Below, one piece after another: positions 46,601-61,600 of a stretch of 64,000 nucleotides of DNA. Location: positions 54,155 through 118,154 of the forward strand of contig JAAEQW010000341.1 of assembly GCA_024231025.1 (NCBI GenBank), in the 5' to 3' direction. This DNA comes from Candidatus Omnitrophota bacterium (lineage in GTDB: Bacteria; Omnitrophota; Gorgyraeia; Duberdicusellales; 4484-171). Below the pieces are notes generated by a model. That model was not told where the DNA came from. It ran no database searches and was given only the letters and a program-made list of their open reading frames with translations. Position 1 is the stretch's first letter. Every line of letters starts with the position of its first letter. Both the position numbers and the translations under genes were made by a program.

Positions 46601-49600
46601 CAACTAAGATGTCTCCCGTGTTTTCCTTAATAAAAATACTATCGCCTGCGCGAGCAGTCAGCTCACCGCTAAGATCAATTAACAGCTCATCACCTAGCCC
46701 AGTGCCAACGCTATTATCAGCTGCCTCTAAGATTGTATCACCGCTAATTAAGCTAACGCCGCTTAAAGCCTGGCTAATACCTTTGGCTACTTTAATTCTG
46801 GTGTCTGCAGTACCAGCATCAATCATTCCAAGTTTTAGAGAGCCTTCGCTGCCAAGATAGATATTATTGTTATTAGATGAAGCGCTAACTACTCCTCTAG
46901 CTTCAATGTCAACATCATCACGTAACTGGATAGTTATTGACTCTGAACTCTGACTAAGAATATCCTTGCGCTCTGCAGCCATCAAGATAAGAATCTTATC
47001 TAAAATTGCTTTCTCTTCTGGAACGCTTTCGTCCAATTCCGACCAAGGCTTTTGTCTAAGCTCAGCAATAGTTATTGTTACCGCGTCTAAATCTTTACCA
47101 ATCATGCCATTAGCAAGTAAGCCAACATCTGTACCGATAACATTTGGATCTTCGATGCGCACTTCAGTGTCTGAAGTTTCCTTTAAAATACCAACACCAA
47201 GTGAATTTTCGAGCTGATCCTTGGTCCATGAATAACCATCAGTTAACCTGTTCCAATCATCTGAGCCTTCGGCAATATCATAAGTCCATCCAGCATCATA
47301 AATATCACCTTGACTACCATAAGTTAAGTGAAGCGCGTGATACTCTGCGGTTCTCTTATCTTCTAAATCGGTCATCTGCACTTGAGTCCAGCTCATATCA
47401 GTATAATGAGTGACTTCAGCATCAGTTAACTCAACCCTAAAACTTGCTTTATAAACGGAAGGATCATCTTGTGCGTTACGGTATCTCCAGTAAGTAGTGT
47501 ACTGGCGCTCTCTTAGCCTTTCGTAAGCATCAACCGTACGCTGCGCGCTATCGCGAGCTTTGGTGCTATCGTCATCATCACGCAATTCCATCTCTTCCCA
47601 AAGATTAAGCAATGCGGCTTTGGTTCTTTCATCAACCGTTTCAACGCTATTATTATCAATAATCGCAGCCGGTGCATCAATTGCAACATTTCCACCTAAA
47701 GACTCAGCTTTAATCAAGTAGAGATCACCACTTATCTCCTGAATATACATATCCCCAGCTGAGGTAGCATGCAATCCACCATTCTCCGATGAAGCACTGT
47801 CGACACGCGCTACATTTAAAGCTGATCCAACGTCGCCATGGCTAGACACAATACCAACCTTGTTGCCTTTAATAAGGTGGCCCGCTCCGCTACCAACAAT
47901 ATCGGTATCCGCTGAAACTAACACATCACCTGTCGTAGTAATTGAAGAATAACGCAAGTCACCCGAAGGAGCATGAACGCGAATATCCCCACTGGCTGAC
48001 AAAGCTTGGAGTTGACCATTATTAACAAAACTAATATTGACTGGTGCCTCAATTATTCCATGCTCTAAATCCTCTATAACACCAATGCCGGTTTGTGCAT
48101 TCAAATTGACTGCATCTGCAGTTATACCTGCATACTCATCTAAACCTTGAGTAATATTTGCACCAGTTGTGATGTTAATCGCTCCGGAGCTATTTTTAAT
48201 TGGACCATCAACAATAACTCCAGCATTAGAGGTAACATTAATTAAACCGCTAGTGTAACCCATAAAATTAATATTAATTGGATTAGAAGCCTTGATGTTA
48301 AAATTATGCAAAATTGTTTCAGTTGCATAACGCTTGTAATTTTCATGATCCTTAATGTAAAGTACCGCCATTACGTCCATATGCCATCCACTATTCCAAT
48401 ACCAAGGAGTCTTGGTTAAATAGTATGAGCGATCGTACCAGAATGTTTCATTGTGACCGGGCGCAACCCGCAAGGTATCTGCGCCAATTGGAGTTGTCGG
48501 TTGACGCGTAGTAGCAGTAACCCCTCCCCAATGATAGTCAGTTCCGGCATTAATACCAAAAACACGATGACGATATCTGGTTTGCCATTCGGTCCAAGTT
48601 GCTCGATCACGCAACGTCCAAGAATAGTACTGATTTGCTCTTGGATTATATTGAGTAGCTTTAGAGCCCCAAGCTGTAATAATGCCATTATCCAAATCTA
48701 AAATGCCTGTGGCATTATTGTTAGTAAACTCTATGATGTTCCCGTTAATTCGTTTAATTAAAGTAATCAACGGATCACCGGAAATTGATTTTTTAGCTAA
48801 ATCAGTAATTTTAACCGTTCCCTCAATACCGTTACCCGTGTTAAGCGAACGTAACCTTATGCCATAGTTTGATGGATTAGTAATATTAATCCGACCGTAA
48901 CCATCCATAATTTTTAGCTCACCAACAGCAGTATTCATAATGTTACCAAAAAGCTCCATATACCCACCCATGATCTCACCAACGCCTAATTCAAAACACT
49001 GATTTTGCGCGTCAAAGAAAAGCGGTATATTAGCCATATCTTCGGTTCCGGCTTTTTTATAAGTAGCAAGCGGAACCTCATAAAGAGCATTAGTGCCTGG
49101 AGTCCATGTGCTTAAAAAGTTCTGCGCCGCAGCGATTGCAGCCGGTGTAATGTGAAGCATCTTATCCTGAACACCGCTTTGAATGATGCCATTAATGTTA
49201 AGGTATTCACCGGCAATAAAAACCATATTTCCGGCAATTACCGATGGCTCACTAGCAAAATCGGTGTTAATCAAAGTTGCTGGAAGACCCCAATGGGTTA
49301 CATCATAACCACCATTATAGGCTGAATTAATAATCGCATCCCAATGAGTCTTAATATCTCCGGCGATATTCTTAAATCCATCGCTATAGCCAATAAACAC
49401 ATTACGTCCAGCCTTAATGCGAATAATATCGGCAATAATGTCTACACCTTGTTTCACCTGAACACTACCATAGCGGCTATTAATATTAATCTCTCCATTT
49501 AAATTGCGAATATCACCATCAACAAAAATGTCCGGCGCGCGCATACCATAAGGAGCTGCACGAGTGTTCAAAACAGAAATCAGCGGTGTTGAGTCGGAAG

Positions 49601-52600
49601 AAGTTTCAATGTAGCCAAAATTAGCGACTCCACCCATATTGCGTTTGTTAATGTCATTATTCGTCTTGACTTTCGCATTGTTATAAAAAATGTCTCCACC
49701 TTGTTCATCAGGAATTGTCATCTTATTTGTACGCAAACAATTCATGCTCTCGTTTTTAATTTCGATTAAAGTATCACCAGGGGCAATCAACTGACCCGCC
49801 AAAGATGACGTTAAAGAATTAGTTTTGATGTAGATATTACTTGATTTTGCGGTAATTTCTTGATCAACCTTCATTACGCCAATATTTGCGCTGCCGCCAA
49901 GATCAGAAAGCTGTGCTTCCAGCATTGATTTTTCAGCTCGATACTTTGCCAATAGGCCTCTTAAGTCATCAGTATCATTAGTATCTGGAATCAATTGCGA
50001 CTCCAAATCAATAATCTCGGCGTTAAGCTCAATGATACGAGTATTGATGTTCGAAATAGATGTGGCATAAACTCCAATCAATGTTGTATTTTCATCAATA
50101 TCACTTTGCAATAGAACATTGTCATCAGTAAAATCCTTGTTTTGATCAGTTAAAGTTTTATTTTCATCTTGCAAGTCAACAATTTCATCATTGATCTCCT
50201 TGATCCTAGCCTTATCGTCTTTAGGGTCAAGGCCCGCTAATTCGGTTTGCAAGCCACTTATTGTTTGGTCGTTAGTGGAAATTGTTGTTTTATTAGTGTT
50301 GATTGTATTCTTATTGGCAGTAATTGTGTTATTCTTAGTTGTGTTATCATTTGTTAAATTAGTCTTCTTTGTTGTCTCATCGTCCCTTTGACTCTCTTTG
50401 TTAGTCTTTTCGGTTTCTAAACCGCTAATTTGATTAGCCACATCACCATTAGCATAGTTGCTAGGGGTGCCACTATCAACCTGATCTTTAATCGCATTAA
50501 TCAAAGCATCTAAGGTATCGATGCGTCCTTGAATATCATTAGGTAGGTTCTCGCTGTTTAGTGTAACTGAGATTCCATCGCTAGTGTTAGTTTCATCAAC
50601 TGTGCCATCATTGTTAATGTAAAGCTTTTTGACGTTTTCAATACCGACTTCAACTTTACCATCAATATTAATTGACGTTTTTGATATATCAGTTGAAGAA
50701 CCAGCCTTAATGTCTAACGACACATCTCCTCCGCCAACAAGATTACTAAAGAATGATCCGATTGCGGCTAAAACTTCACGATAAAGATCTTTTCCTACAC
50801 CATAACCTTTTACACTAGTGCTTCCTCTCTCGGTAAATAAACGAATATGACCAACACTTCTAAGGTCAGCACCGGAACCAATGTTAATGCTAGCTGCCTG
50901 ATCAACGCGTGCGTCAGCATCAGGTTTAGTCTCAACCGGAAACGCGGTTTTATTCCAGAGATCAGTATTGGCAAAAACATCAAAATCATTAACTGCGCCA
51001 TTATAATTTTGCCCAGTCATAAGGTTAATATCACCTTTACTCAAGATTAATGTGCCCGCTCCGATGCTAATCGCATTTCTAACAATCGTAGTTGATACAG
51101 AAGCACCTTGCGCCGCACCTGCCGCACCATAAGTTTTGACATTAACATTAGTTGAGATCGCAGCTTTTGTGCGCAGGGAGATATCAACATCGCCGATGCT
51201 TTCAAGACTTGAACCGCTACCAATACTAATTGTAGAATTATTCTTAGGATTATTAATGATTGATACCGCTTTTGCAATTGCAACCGCTCCTCCACAATCA
51301 AGTTTAACTTTATCGTACATGTCTGAGTAGTTAAATGCGCTTAATCTAATTGTTCCTGGATTAGATGGATCACCGAGCACTCTAATTATACTGTTATCAC
51401 CAATTGTGATATTAGTATCACCAAACACAGTTGATCCACTTTGCGCGGCAGCCCCACCAACAAATCCGCCAGCACCAGAATTGATGTTATATCCAATATT
51501 ATTTTTAAACATGTAGTTAGACGCGTCCATCTTAAAATCTAAAGATGTGATATTAGCATCTGCACCGAGGGTAGCATTAACGTCACTCGAGACATAATTA
51601 TTTGCCCAAGCACCACTCAAATTCAAAACTGCGGCACTTACGCTGTCGGCTTTAGAATTAAAGTTGGTTGAATGGCTAGCGTTAACTTTAACTTGCTTCA
51701 TGGTGTTACCGATGACATTACTACCAACCTTCGCTTCGGTATTAGCAATTGTCTGTGTTGCACTATCTGCAGCCTTTAGACCAACATTAATCACGCCACC
51801 AGAACCGGACTGGGCCTGTGCGTAATTCAAATCACTACCAATAGCCACAACTTCAAGGTCTCCTCCGATAAAAGTAACTGTATCGGCGACTGTTGCTTTA
51901 ATTGTGTTGTTAGAATTAGCCCGAGTCTTGTTGACACCAACAGCAATAATTCCTCCGTTCTTACCAGAAACATAAGCTTTCTGACTAGTAGTTGAATTGG
52001 CCGCAACTTTAGTTTTTCCTGAAACACCAATGTTAGTGCTTCCGCCAATCTGACTGCTAACTCTTGCTGTATTGTCAGCTAAACTTTCAGTACCTACTCC
52101 GCCTAAAAGCAAACCGCCGGATGCAGCCTTTGTTGTTGCATACGCCGCGTAGCTTTGTCCCGACTGTAATTTTTGCTCGGCAGTAACTGATAAGTTAGCA
52201 GCATTAATAAAGCTATTTGCTCCTGTGTAGGCAGTTACAATTGAGCTTATTCTAGCCTCGGCTAAAGAAATACCGACTGAACCAAGAATTGAAATCGCCA
52301 GTGCACCGCTTGATACATATGCGCGCGGATCAGTTGTTGCTAAAACTACGATATCATTAGCAGTTAAAATGTTTGCGTTATTACCAATGTAAGCTGAAAC
52401 TGTTGACGAAATAAGTGCCTCGCTGTCTGAACCTGATCCGGAAATTATTCCCGCGGCTCCGGCAGTTGTTTTAACAGTTGCAGTCTCGGTTGCATCGGCT
52501 CTTATATTCAAGCCGTTAACAGCTTTGCCGACGTCACGGCCAATGCGTGAATTATTTTCAACGCTAGCCTGTGTTTGACCATCAATGTTAACTTTTGCTA

Positions 52601-55600
52601 CTGACGCACCAACACCAATAGCACCTACCGCACAACCAACGCTTTCTACAACAACACTGCGATCAGTAAACGCGTGGACATTAATTGTATTAGCATTCTT
52701 TATGTTAGTGTATTGCCCAACTGTTGCCAGAGTCTTTGCGCTGTCATTAACAACTGCAACTGCAGCACCAGCACCGATGAATCCTCCGCCTCCGGCAAAA
52801 GCCTTGGCATTAACGGTTTCATCAGTATCGGCAATAACATCTACGTTACCAATAGCATCAACCGTTGAATACTCACCGACTGACGCGCCGGTACTTTGAT
52901 TAATACCAATTACACTGATTCCGGCACCGACACCCGCGCCCAAACCAACCGCAACCGCACCGGTTAAAGTTTTAGCGTTAACTGTATCTTGCGCCTTAAC
53001 TTCTACTTTTCCACCGGTTGTAATAGTTGTTTGATCACCAATTGACGCACTGGTTGCACTCAAGACGGCAGCTGAGGTATTATTCATATCACCGGCAACA
53101 CCAACGTTGGATGTCTTATCCTCGATAATTCCTTTTGCTTTTTGGTGACGGCTATCCGATGAATCCATCATCGCATTATTATCACGCGATGTATCTTTAT
53201 CAGCATAACTTGCTGTCTTACCATCACCAATACCCTCCTGAGTATCAGCATCTAGCGCACCACCAATAGTAATTACACTGATTGCCCCCCCAACACCAAC
53301 TGCCAAACCCGCACCGCCGGCAATTGTGTAAGAATCAACGATCTTAGTTGAAGCTGCGTTAACGGTTAGGTTTCCTCCGGCATGCAGTTTTACCTCATCG
53401 CCAACCGAAGCTACAGCTGAACTTCTAATAATATTTACATCGGTTGCAACACCGGCTCCGGCTGCAAGGCCTCCACCAACACCACCGGCAGAACTGCCGA
53501 TATTAGCGCTGTCACTTGCTTGAACGTTTACGTGTTGATTGCTTGCGGAAGATTTTTGATTAATTTTAGCATTAGTGCCAATAAAAGCCTGCGTAATTGA
53601 TTTAATAAGATTAACGCTAACTGCACCGGCAACTCCCGCCGCTCCGCCCAATGCACCAGAAACTATAAACTTTGTAATGTTAGCAACCGATACCGCCTTA
53701 ACTTCGGTAGTGCCTAGGGCATCAGTTTCGGCTTCATCGGCGATCGACGCCTGCGTTGTGCCTGTTACCTTAGTTACGTTTACAGTACCTGCTGCACCAA
53801 CCGCTAAACCAACACCAGCTGAACCAGCGGTGCTATTTACGCTAGTTGTATCAGACGCACGCACTCCTATTCCACCGGCATCAATGACTGCCTTGCCAAT
53901 TGCGGCAATTGTATCTTTAATAACATCAATGATTACAATTGTTCCGGAAACAGAAAATCCACCCGCAGCAACACCTACGGCGATTGATTTAATAATTGAG
54001 CTAGATACACTTTCAACATCAACATTATTATTGGCGTTAATGATTGATTCTCCAATCGAAGCTTCAACGGACTTCGCGATAACTACCGTATCAATAGCGG
54101 CACCGCCGGAAACGAATCCACCGGTTATCGATTCGGTATTCCCATCAACAACAGTTGCATCGTTTGCTTTAATCTTAACATTTTGATCACCAACACCATC
54201 TTTACCTGCAGAATTGATTGTTACGCTATTGCCAACAGTTGCTTTAGTCTCAGTTGCAACAACCGTTGTTTGAATTGACGCATTTACTCCGGCTAAAGCT
54301 GCCCCGCCAATACCTATCGTATCAACATCAATATTCTGAGAAGAATGGGCAACAACATTTAACCCCTTAACTGTACCAGGAATGTAAGTGCCTGCTCTGC
54401 CCAATGCATTGACTTGTGCATTGTCATCGATGTGTGCGTGAGTCTTATTTACAATAGTATTTACATTTAAGGTTCCACCAACTCCAACGCCCAGCCCAAC
54501 ACTTGCGCCTCCACTGACCGCGTTAAGGTCAACTTCGTCACTTGCAACCACAACAACATTACCTTCTGATTCAATATCCGCATCGCCAATACCAGCATCG
54601 GTCTCATTATCTAAAACATTAACCGAAATTACTCCGCCTAAGCCTCCGCCAAGACCAGCCGCTAAACAAACTGCGAAAGTATTAAAGTCCTCGTAAGAAT
54701 TAGCAAGCACACCAATCGTATGAAGTGCCCCGATATTAGCTCCGCTAGCAATATAAGCTAATGTCTTTTTAGCAACAACATTGGTTGAGCTGGAAATTCC
54801 AACCCCGCCCCCGACCGCAACCGCTCCGGCACCAATCTTTGTATCTATCTTTGAATCACTATCGGCAGAAACTATGACTGACTGATTCGATTTTCCGGTT
54901 GTTGTATTCTGATTAATGTCTGCATCATCAATATGGGCTAAAGTTTGCGATGTATCAACGACAACTGCGATCGCTCCGCTATTAGCCGCACCAGGTCCGG
55001 CAACAGCCAAACACCCAGCACCAGTTACCAACTCTTCATCCTCGATAGCATTGACGGACAATACCCCATCAACATCAACTATCGCGCCATCATCAATGAA
55101 CGCTTCAACTTTATTCGTTACAACATTAACGCCAACTGAAGCACCAAATCCACCACCCATACCGCCGGCTAAACTACCAACAAATAGCTGCGACTTAGTA
55201 TTGTCGCGAGCCTGAACGGTTAAATCATTTCCCGCCTTAACTTTTGCGCCGACACCAATAAACGCCTGAACTGGCGCATCTGAATTTTGAGCATTGATAT
55301 CATCGGTAATTTTGTAGCGATCCTGCTGTGCAGTATTTTGATTAGTCATATCTGTTGATGCTTGGTACTCATTGCCAACACCTTTTTGTTCTTCAGACAC
55401 ATCGTACTGTGACCATTCATCAGTCGTTGCGATGTTGTCATTTAAACTACCCTTTGCATCTGCATTCAATGGTCCGCCAACTACTGCAACACTAACGGCC
55501 CCGGCTAAACCCGCGCCAGCACCGATACCTGCGGTACCAACGTAAGACTCTAATTGTTTATTTGATGCGGCATCAACTAGTATGTCACCGGTCGCGTCAA

Positions 55601-58600
55601 CGAAACTATTTGACCCAATTTTCGCTGTAACAGAATTTCGAATTACATTTACATTTAAAGCAGCGCCGGCTCCAACCGCCAATGCACCACCAACCGAACC
55701 AACGATCGAAGCAATCGTTGCGGTATCGCTGGCAGTAACTTTTACATCAGTACCGGCAATGTTCTGATTAATTTTAGTATTGTTGCCAATTTCAGCCTGA
55801 GTTGTTGATTTTAAAACATTAACATTAATTGAACCGGACACACCAGCGGCACCCGCAAGACCGGCACCAATTGAACTACTGGTAATTCCAGCCTCTGAAA
55901 TTGCTGATACATGAGTTGTACCTGCCGCGTCAGTTTGAGCATAATCACCAATGTAAGCACGAGTTGTATTGGCAATAGTATTAACGCCAATTGAACCAGA
56001 CACCCCGGCAAAAACACTGGCGCAAAATGATGCAGTAAGCAGCAAGACGTCCATTTCATCATAAGCGGCAACCATGATGTCGCGTCCGGCCATTAAATTT
56101 GCACGGCCCGCAACACCAGCTGAAGTATCGGCAACGCCAACATTAACTCCGATTGCTCCACCTACACCAGCATAAAGTCCACCGGCAATATTACCAACAA
56201 GTGAATTCATCCGTTCGCTCGATTGAGCTTTAATTATAATATCTTCTTTAGCATTAACTGTTGAATGTACTGGAACACCTGATTTTAAATCACGACCAAT
56301 ACGCGCATGTGTATTTTTAACTAAAACTACCGGCGTAATCCCTACTCCAACACCCGCTCCGGCAATACCAATCGCGATTGATCCATTTGCACCATAAATT
56401 CTAGTATGATCGGCTGCCATCAGCATTACACTCTGGTTAGCTGCAGCGGCACTGTTGTTACTATTAATCGCGACATTATTGCCAACAAGGGCATTAGTAT
56501 TATTAACGACTGTAGTTAAAGCACCGGATCCGCCAACGCCAGCGACCCCGGAACCAGAAATACCAACGATCCCGTTAATAACAGTTTCATTGGAAAGTGC
56601 GGTAATTGAAAGACCTTTAATTGTAGTTTTATCCTTGCGATTGCGCAAAGGTGTAAGTTCTGAGGCGTTAAAACTTTCAGCGATTGAATCCCAGGCATTA
56701 CCCGGATCATCTTTGCTGCTTTCGCCAAACTTACCGCTCCATTCATCATCGCCAGGCTTATAACCGGCATCATTGGCACCCGTAAGAGTGCCGACGTTAG
56801 CTAAGTAACCCGCCGCATGACCGCGAGCGTTAACAATTGAATTATCAGCAATCTCTGCGCTTGTATTTTTAACGATTGTATTAATATCAAGCGTTCCACC
56901 AACTGACGCGGTTGCCGAAATTCTCCCCGATCCCGCAACATTAGTCATAAATGTGTCATCTTCGGCTTCTAAAGCAACATTACCCTCGGAATCTACAGTC
57001 GCCCCTTCCTTTATATAGGCGTGGGTATTATTTACCATGGTATTTAAAACCAAAACCCCGCCTACCGCGGCGGCACCTGCACCTTGAAGACTCAACCCTC
57101 CACTGGTTATAATCTGATTATCATGAGCGCCAATAATGACATCGTCATTAGTGTAGACTTTCGCATCTTTACTAATATTTGCGTAAGTGCTATCAACAAC
57201 CGCATTGATTACTGCGGTTCCACCAACACCGGCAGCGCCCCCAGCACTTGCAGCCCCACCAACTGAAGCAATCATCAAATCATTATCTGCATCGACGACC
57301 AAAGAATCACCACGATCACTTTCTTTATTGATTTCGGTACGCTCGCCAACCTCTGCCAAAGTATTTAGGATAATTACATTCAAAGCTAATGAACCCATTA
57401 CCCCGGCAGTTCCTGCTCCACCGGCAGCAACGGTTGCAATAACATGATCTTGATCCGATGTGGCAATAACTTGCGCGTCGCCTTTGACATTAACTTCTGA
57501 GTCAGGCCCAATAACCGCGCGAGTATCACGATTAATAATGTTTAGCGCCATTGCACCACCTACTGCGGCCGCGCCTGCACCTTGAAGCGATCCTGAAACA
57601 ACAGTTGCGAATGTTTTGTCGTGTGCTTCAACTGATAGGTCTCCTCCAACATTAAACGTATTACCTCCGCCGATAAAAGCAGATGTATTACCCAAAGTAT
57701 CGGGACTTCCTGCACCTGATGATGTTTGGAAAAACTCTGAAACAGTAATTTGGCTGTTTTCGTCAACGAAATCTGAAACAGTATGTTCAATGCCTTCAGT
57801 GTCAATGAATGTTCTATTACCTTCTTCTCCGAGTTGGCCATCGGTTTTTGATTTTGCGCTATCGCTATCTAATTGTGAATTAGGGGTATTGGTCTTGTTG
57901 CCATCTTCATCCTTACTTGCCAGGGCATCATTTGCATCGGCATTATCCATTGCCTGGCCAATTGCAACTACCGCAACTGCTCCGCCTACTGCAGCAGTTC
58001 CCGCGCCGCCTCCGGCAATACCTAAAGAATGAACCGCGTTGTCACTCTCACCATAAATATCTACATCTCCACCAGCATCAGCTAATACACCTGACCCAGT
58101 ATTTGCGCTTGTCTTATTTAAAATTATTGTGATGTCCGCGGCCCCGCCGATTGCTGCAGTCGATGACGCAGCAACGCTGCCCATCGCACTCAATGTGTTA
58201 ACCTTATCAATAGCTTGAATTTTTATATCCTGACCAGTGATATTATCGCTTTCTCTAAATCCAGCACTCTGGTTAACTTTAGTTCCGCTGTCAATGCGGG
58301 CGATAGTATCGGCCTTAATTACTTTTACACCTAATGATCCAGCCACTGCGGCATTACCACCAACTGATACGCCGGCAGCAAATTGATCAATATCTTCTTG
58401 TGACTGAGCTTTTACTCTGGTTTCACCTTTTGCATCAGTTGTGTTATTAGTTCCAATTTGAGCTCTAGTTTCGTTAACCATTACAGCAACAGAAGCGGCC
58501 CCGCCAACTGCGGCGGTCTGTCCACCGGCGATAACCGCATCAAGCGTTAAAATTTCACTTTCGTTTACTGCGTCTAAAGTTAGATCGCCGCTATCAGCAA

Positions 58601-61600
58601 GAAGTGTCGCGTTATTTTTAGTGTAAGTCTTGGTATTAGAATTAACTACTGCAATTGATGCCGCACCCTGCACACCAACTTGACCACCACCAATACCAAC
58701 GACTAATGAATCAAGATTTTCTGAAGATTGACTGCGTAAATTAATATCTTTGAGCGCTTTAACAATTGAATTTTCACCAATAAAGCTTTCGGTATTCTTA
58801 ACGACTACGGTTGTTGTTGCCGCGCCACCAACTCCAGCGGTCTTCCCAATTGAAATTTGCCCAATGAAATCATTGGCATCGGTGTAATCATAAGCACCAA
58901 CTGCAACTGATTGATTTGCTCCGGCGCCAGTTAAGTCTTCATTAATTCGCGCATTATCACCAATGTACCCTTTGGTTGTATTTACAATAACATTGGCAGC
59001 TAATGCTCCAGCTACTGCAGCATTACCGCTAGCAGCACCAGCAGCTATAAAGTTTTCAATATCTTCAGTAGAAAATGCCTGAACTGACAAACCTCTTTGA
59101 CCTTCGGTGTACTTTTCTTGTAAATGAAGTTTGCCTAAATCTAAACTTATATCTGTACCATCAGGAAGCGCAAGTTTATCAGCACTTAGAAGATAGTCTT
59201 CCATTTCACCGGTCCAGATAGCACGCTCATCACCTAACCCGCGAGCTGTAACTTGTGCTCCGTTACCTATATATGCCTTAGTGTTTTTGACAATAGTATT
59301 AATTGCCATTGAACCACCAACACCCGCTTCTTTACCAAAAGCTCCGGCACCGGCAATGATGTTAAGATCAGTTTCACTTAACGCATTAACATCAATATTA
59401 CCATCAGCAAAAACTTGCGCATTATCGTCAATAAATGCATGGGTAATATCAGTATTAACCTTAATTGAACCAGCCCCCGCAACTCCTGCAGATTTACCAG
59501 CAGCAGCACCGACGACAACACTAACACCCTCTTCCTTAGTATGAGCGCGCACCTTTACATCCCCTGCCTTATTATTTGAATCAGCGGTAGATTTTACCTG
59601 AGCGCCCTTACCAATAATCGCGCGTACAATCTTTGTAAATACGCCAACATCAGCTGCGGCACCAACTCCCGCGCCATCTTTACTGGCAGCTGCTCCACCA
59701 CTTACAGCAACGACGATCGTGTCATCATCAGCTTCGACGTTAACTGACTGACCATCACCTTGATAAAGAAGATCCTGATTTATCAAAGCATTGCCACCGA
59801 TTTTAGCTTCAGTAACCGTAGTAATCACATTTGTATTTAGCGATCCTGCAACACCAGCTTTTCCGCCGTAAGCGCCTCCGGCAGCAATAGATACTATTAG
59901 CTCATCACCTTGGGCATTTACATTAATTGCTTTTTTAGCATTAACCTGGGCTGATTCACCAATGGCGGCTGTTGTAATATTTGAGATAACATTAGCATTT
60001 ATTGATCCGCCAACGCCGGCTTTTCCACCAACTGATCCAGCAAACGCAACATTCACTAAATCTGTATCAGCCTGTGCTTTTAAATCTACGTCGTCTCCCG
60101 CCTTCACCTTCGCATTATCACCAATTTTTGCTTCAGTTATTGCAGTTGAAACCAATATGTCTAATACGCCGGTAACTGATGTACCCTCTTGACTTCCACC
60201 GCCTGATCCACCACCTGAGCCGCCGCCTGATCCACCAGTCGAACCACCGCCAGTTGATCCACTTTCACCTTCTGAACCACCCTTGAGCGATCCCCATGAA
60301 AGACCAGCAGCAAGACCAATACTTGTCAGTAATTTTTTACTCAACGCATCAATATCAACATTATCATCAACCGTAACTTTAGCCCGATCATCTATGCGCG
60401 CCGATATTATATCGGTATTCACAATATCAGCGGTAGATACACCAACACTTACCTTATTAGATACTGCAGCCGCAGCTGCAAATGTTGCGGCATCTGTATC
60501 AGCGCTGGAAGAAACCTTAAGTTCTTTAGCGTTAACCGTTGCATCTTCACCAACGAAACTTTCAAAAATATTCTCAAAGACATTAATCGCAAACGAACCG
60601 CTGATTGCGGTTTCGGCCTGACTCTTTGATGCTGCTGCCGTACCTGATACAGCTTCAGTATAATAGTTGTGTGACCTTAAATAGTTAAGCGGATTAAGCG
60701 CCTCTAGCCACTCAGCGAATGTTGTTTTTGTGTTTGACGCTCCTGGATCAGCTTGAGCTGTTGCTTGAGGTGTAAGTCCTGGATCTTCACCCATTACAAT
60801 CTTCTTAGCAGATTCCAGAAAATCAAAATCTTTCCAGATAATCGTGCCATAGATAAGTGGATCAACCCTTAAGCTCTTCGATGCAATACTAACTACCCCC
60901 GCAACATCAATGAAGGAAAAATTTCCTGCATAAGCTCTAATCCGATTAAGCGCGTGCAGTATCGCAAAAGCAGCACCTACCCCAACCTTTGCTTCATCAC
61001 CGGAGACTGATGTTGTTGCCCATGCTTTAGATGAGATTTTACTCATATCTTGAGCGTTTATCGTAACGTTATTAGCATTTGTTATCCTGCCGTAATCTCC
61101 AACTCCAGCTTCAGTCTTATTAATTGCGTTAGTAACTGCGAGCGATCCTGCGATACCGATTTTATTAGATTTAGCTGCAGCTATACCTTCGGAAGTAAGA
61201 GTTGATATAAAGTCATCATGCAGGTTATGGGTTGAAGTTGCGTTCAATTCAACATCTGCTCCACCAGCATCAATCGATGAACCAGTTGCAACAAGGCGCG
61301 TCTTACCATTGACTTCTTCATAGTCGCCCATTATTGCAAGGGTGTCATTGGTCATATTAGTAATTGCAACGCCAACACCAATCGCTGTTCCTCCGGCTTC
61401 CTTTTTTTCTTCCGGGGTTGGTTTGCCATTTATAGTTTGTTCAAGTTTCTGATCAATCTGGGCCCAGATAACTTTGTGCGGCCCGACAATTGCTGATCCT
61501 GAACCAAGAGTCTTTGCGTTATTGTTAGCGGTAGCTTTAACACTTACTGGACCGCCGCTTACAACTTCTACATCTTTACCAATTTGAGCAATTGTATCAT

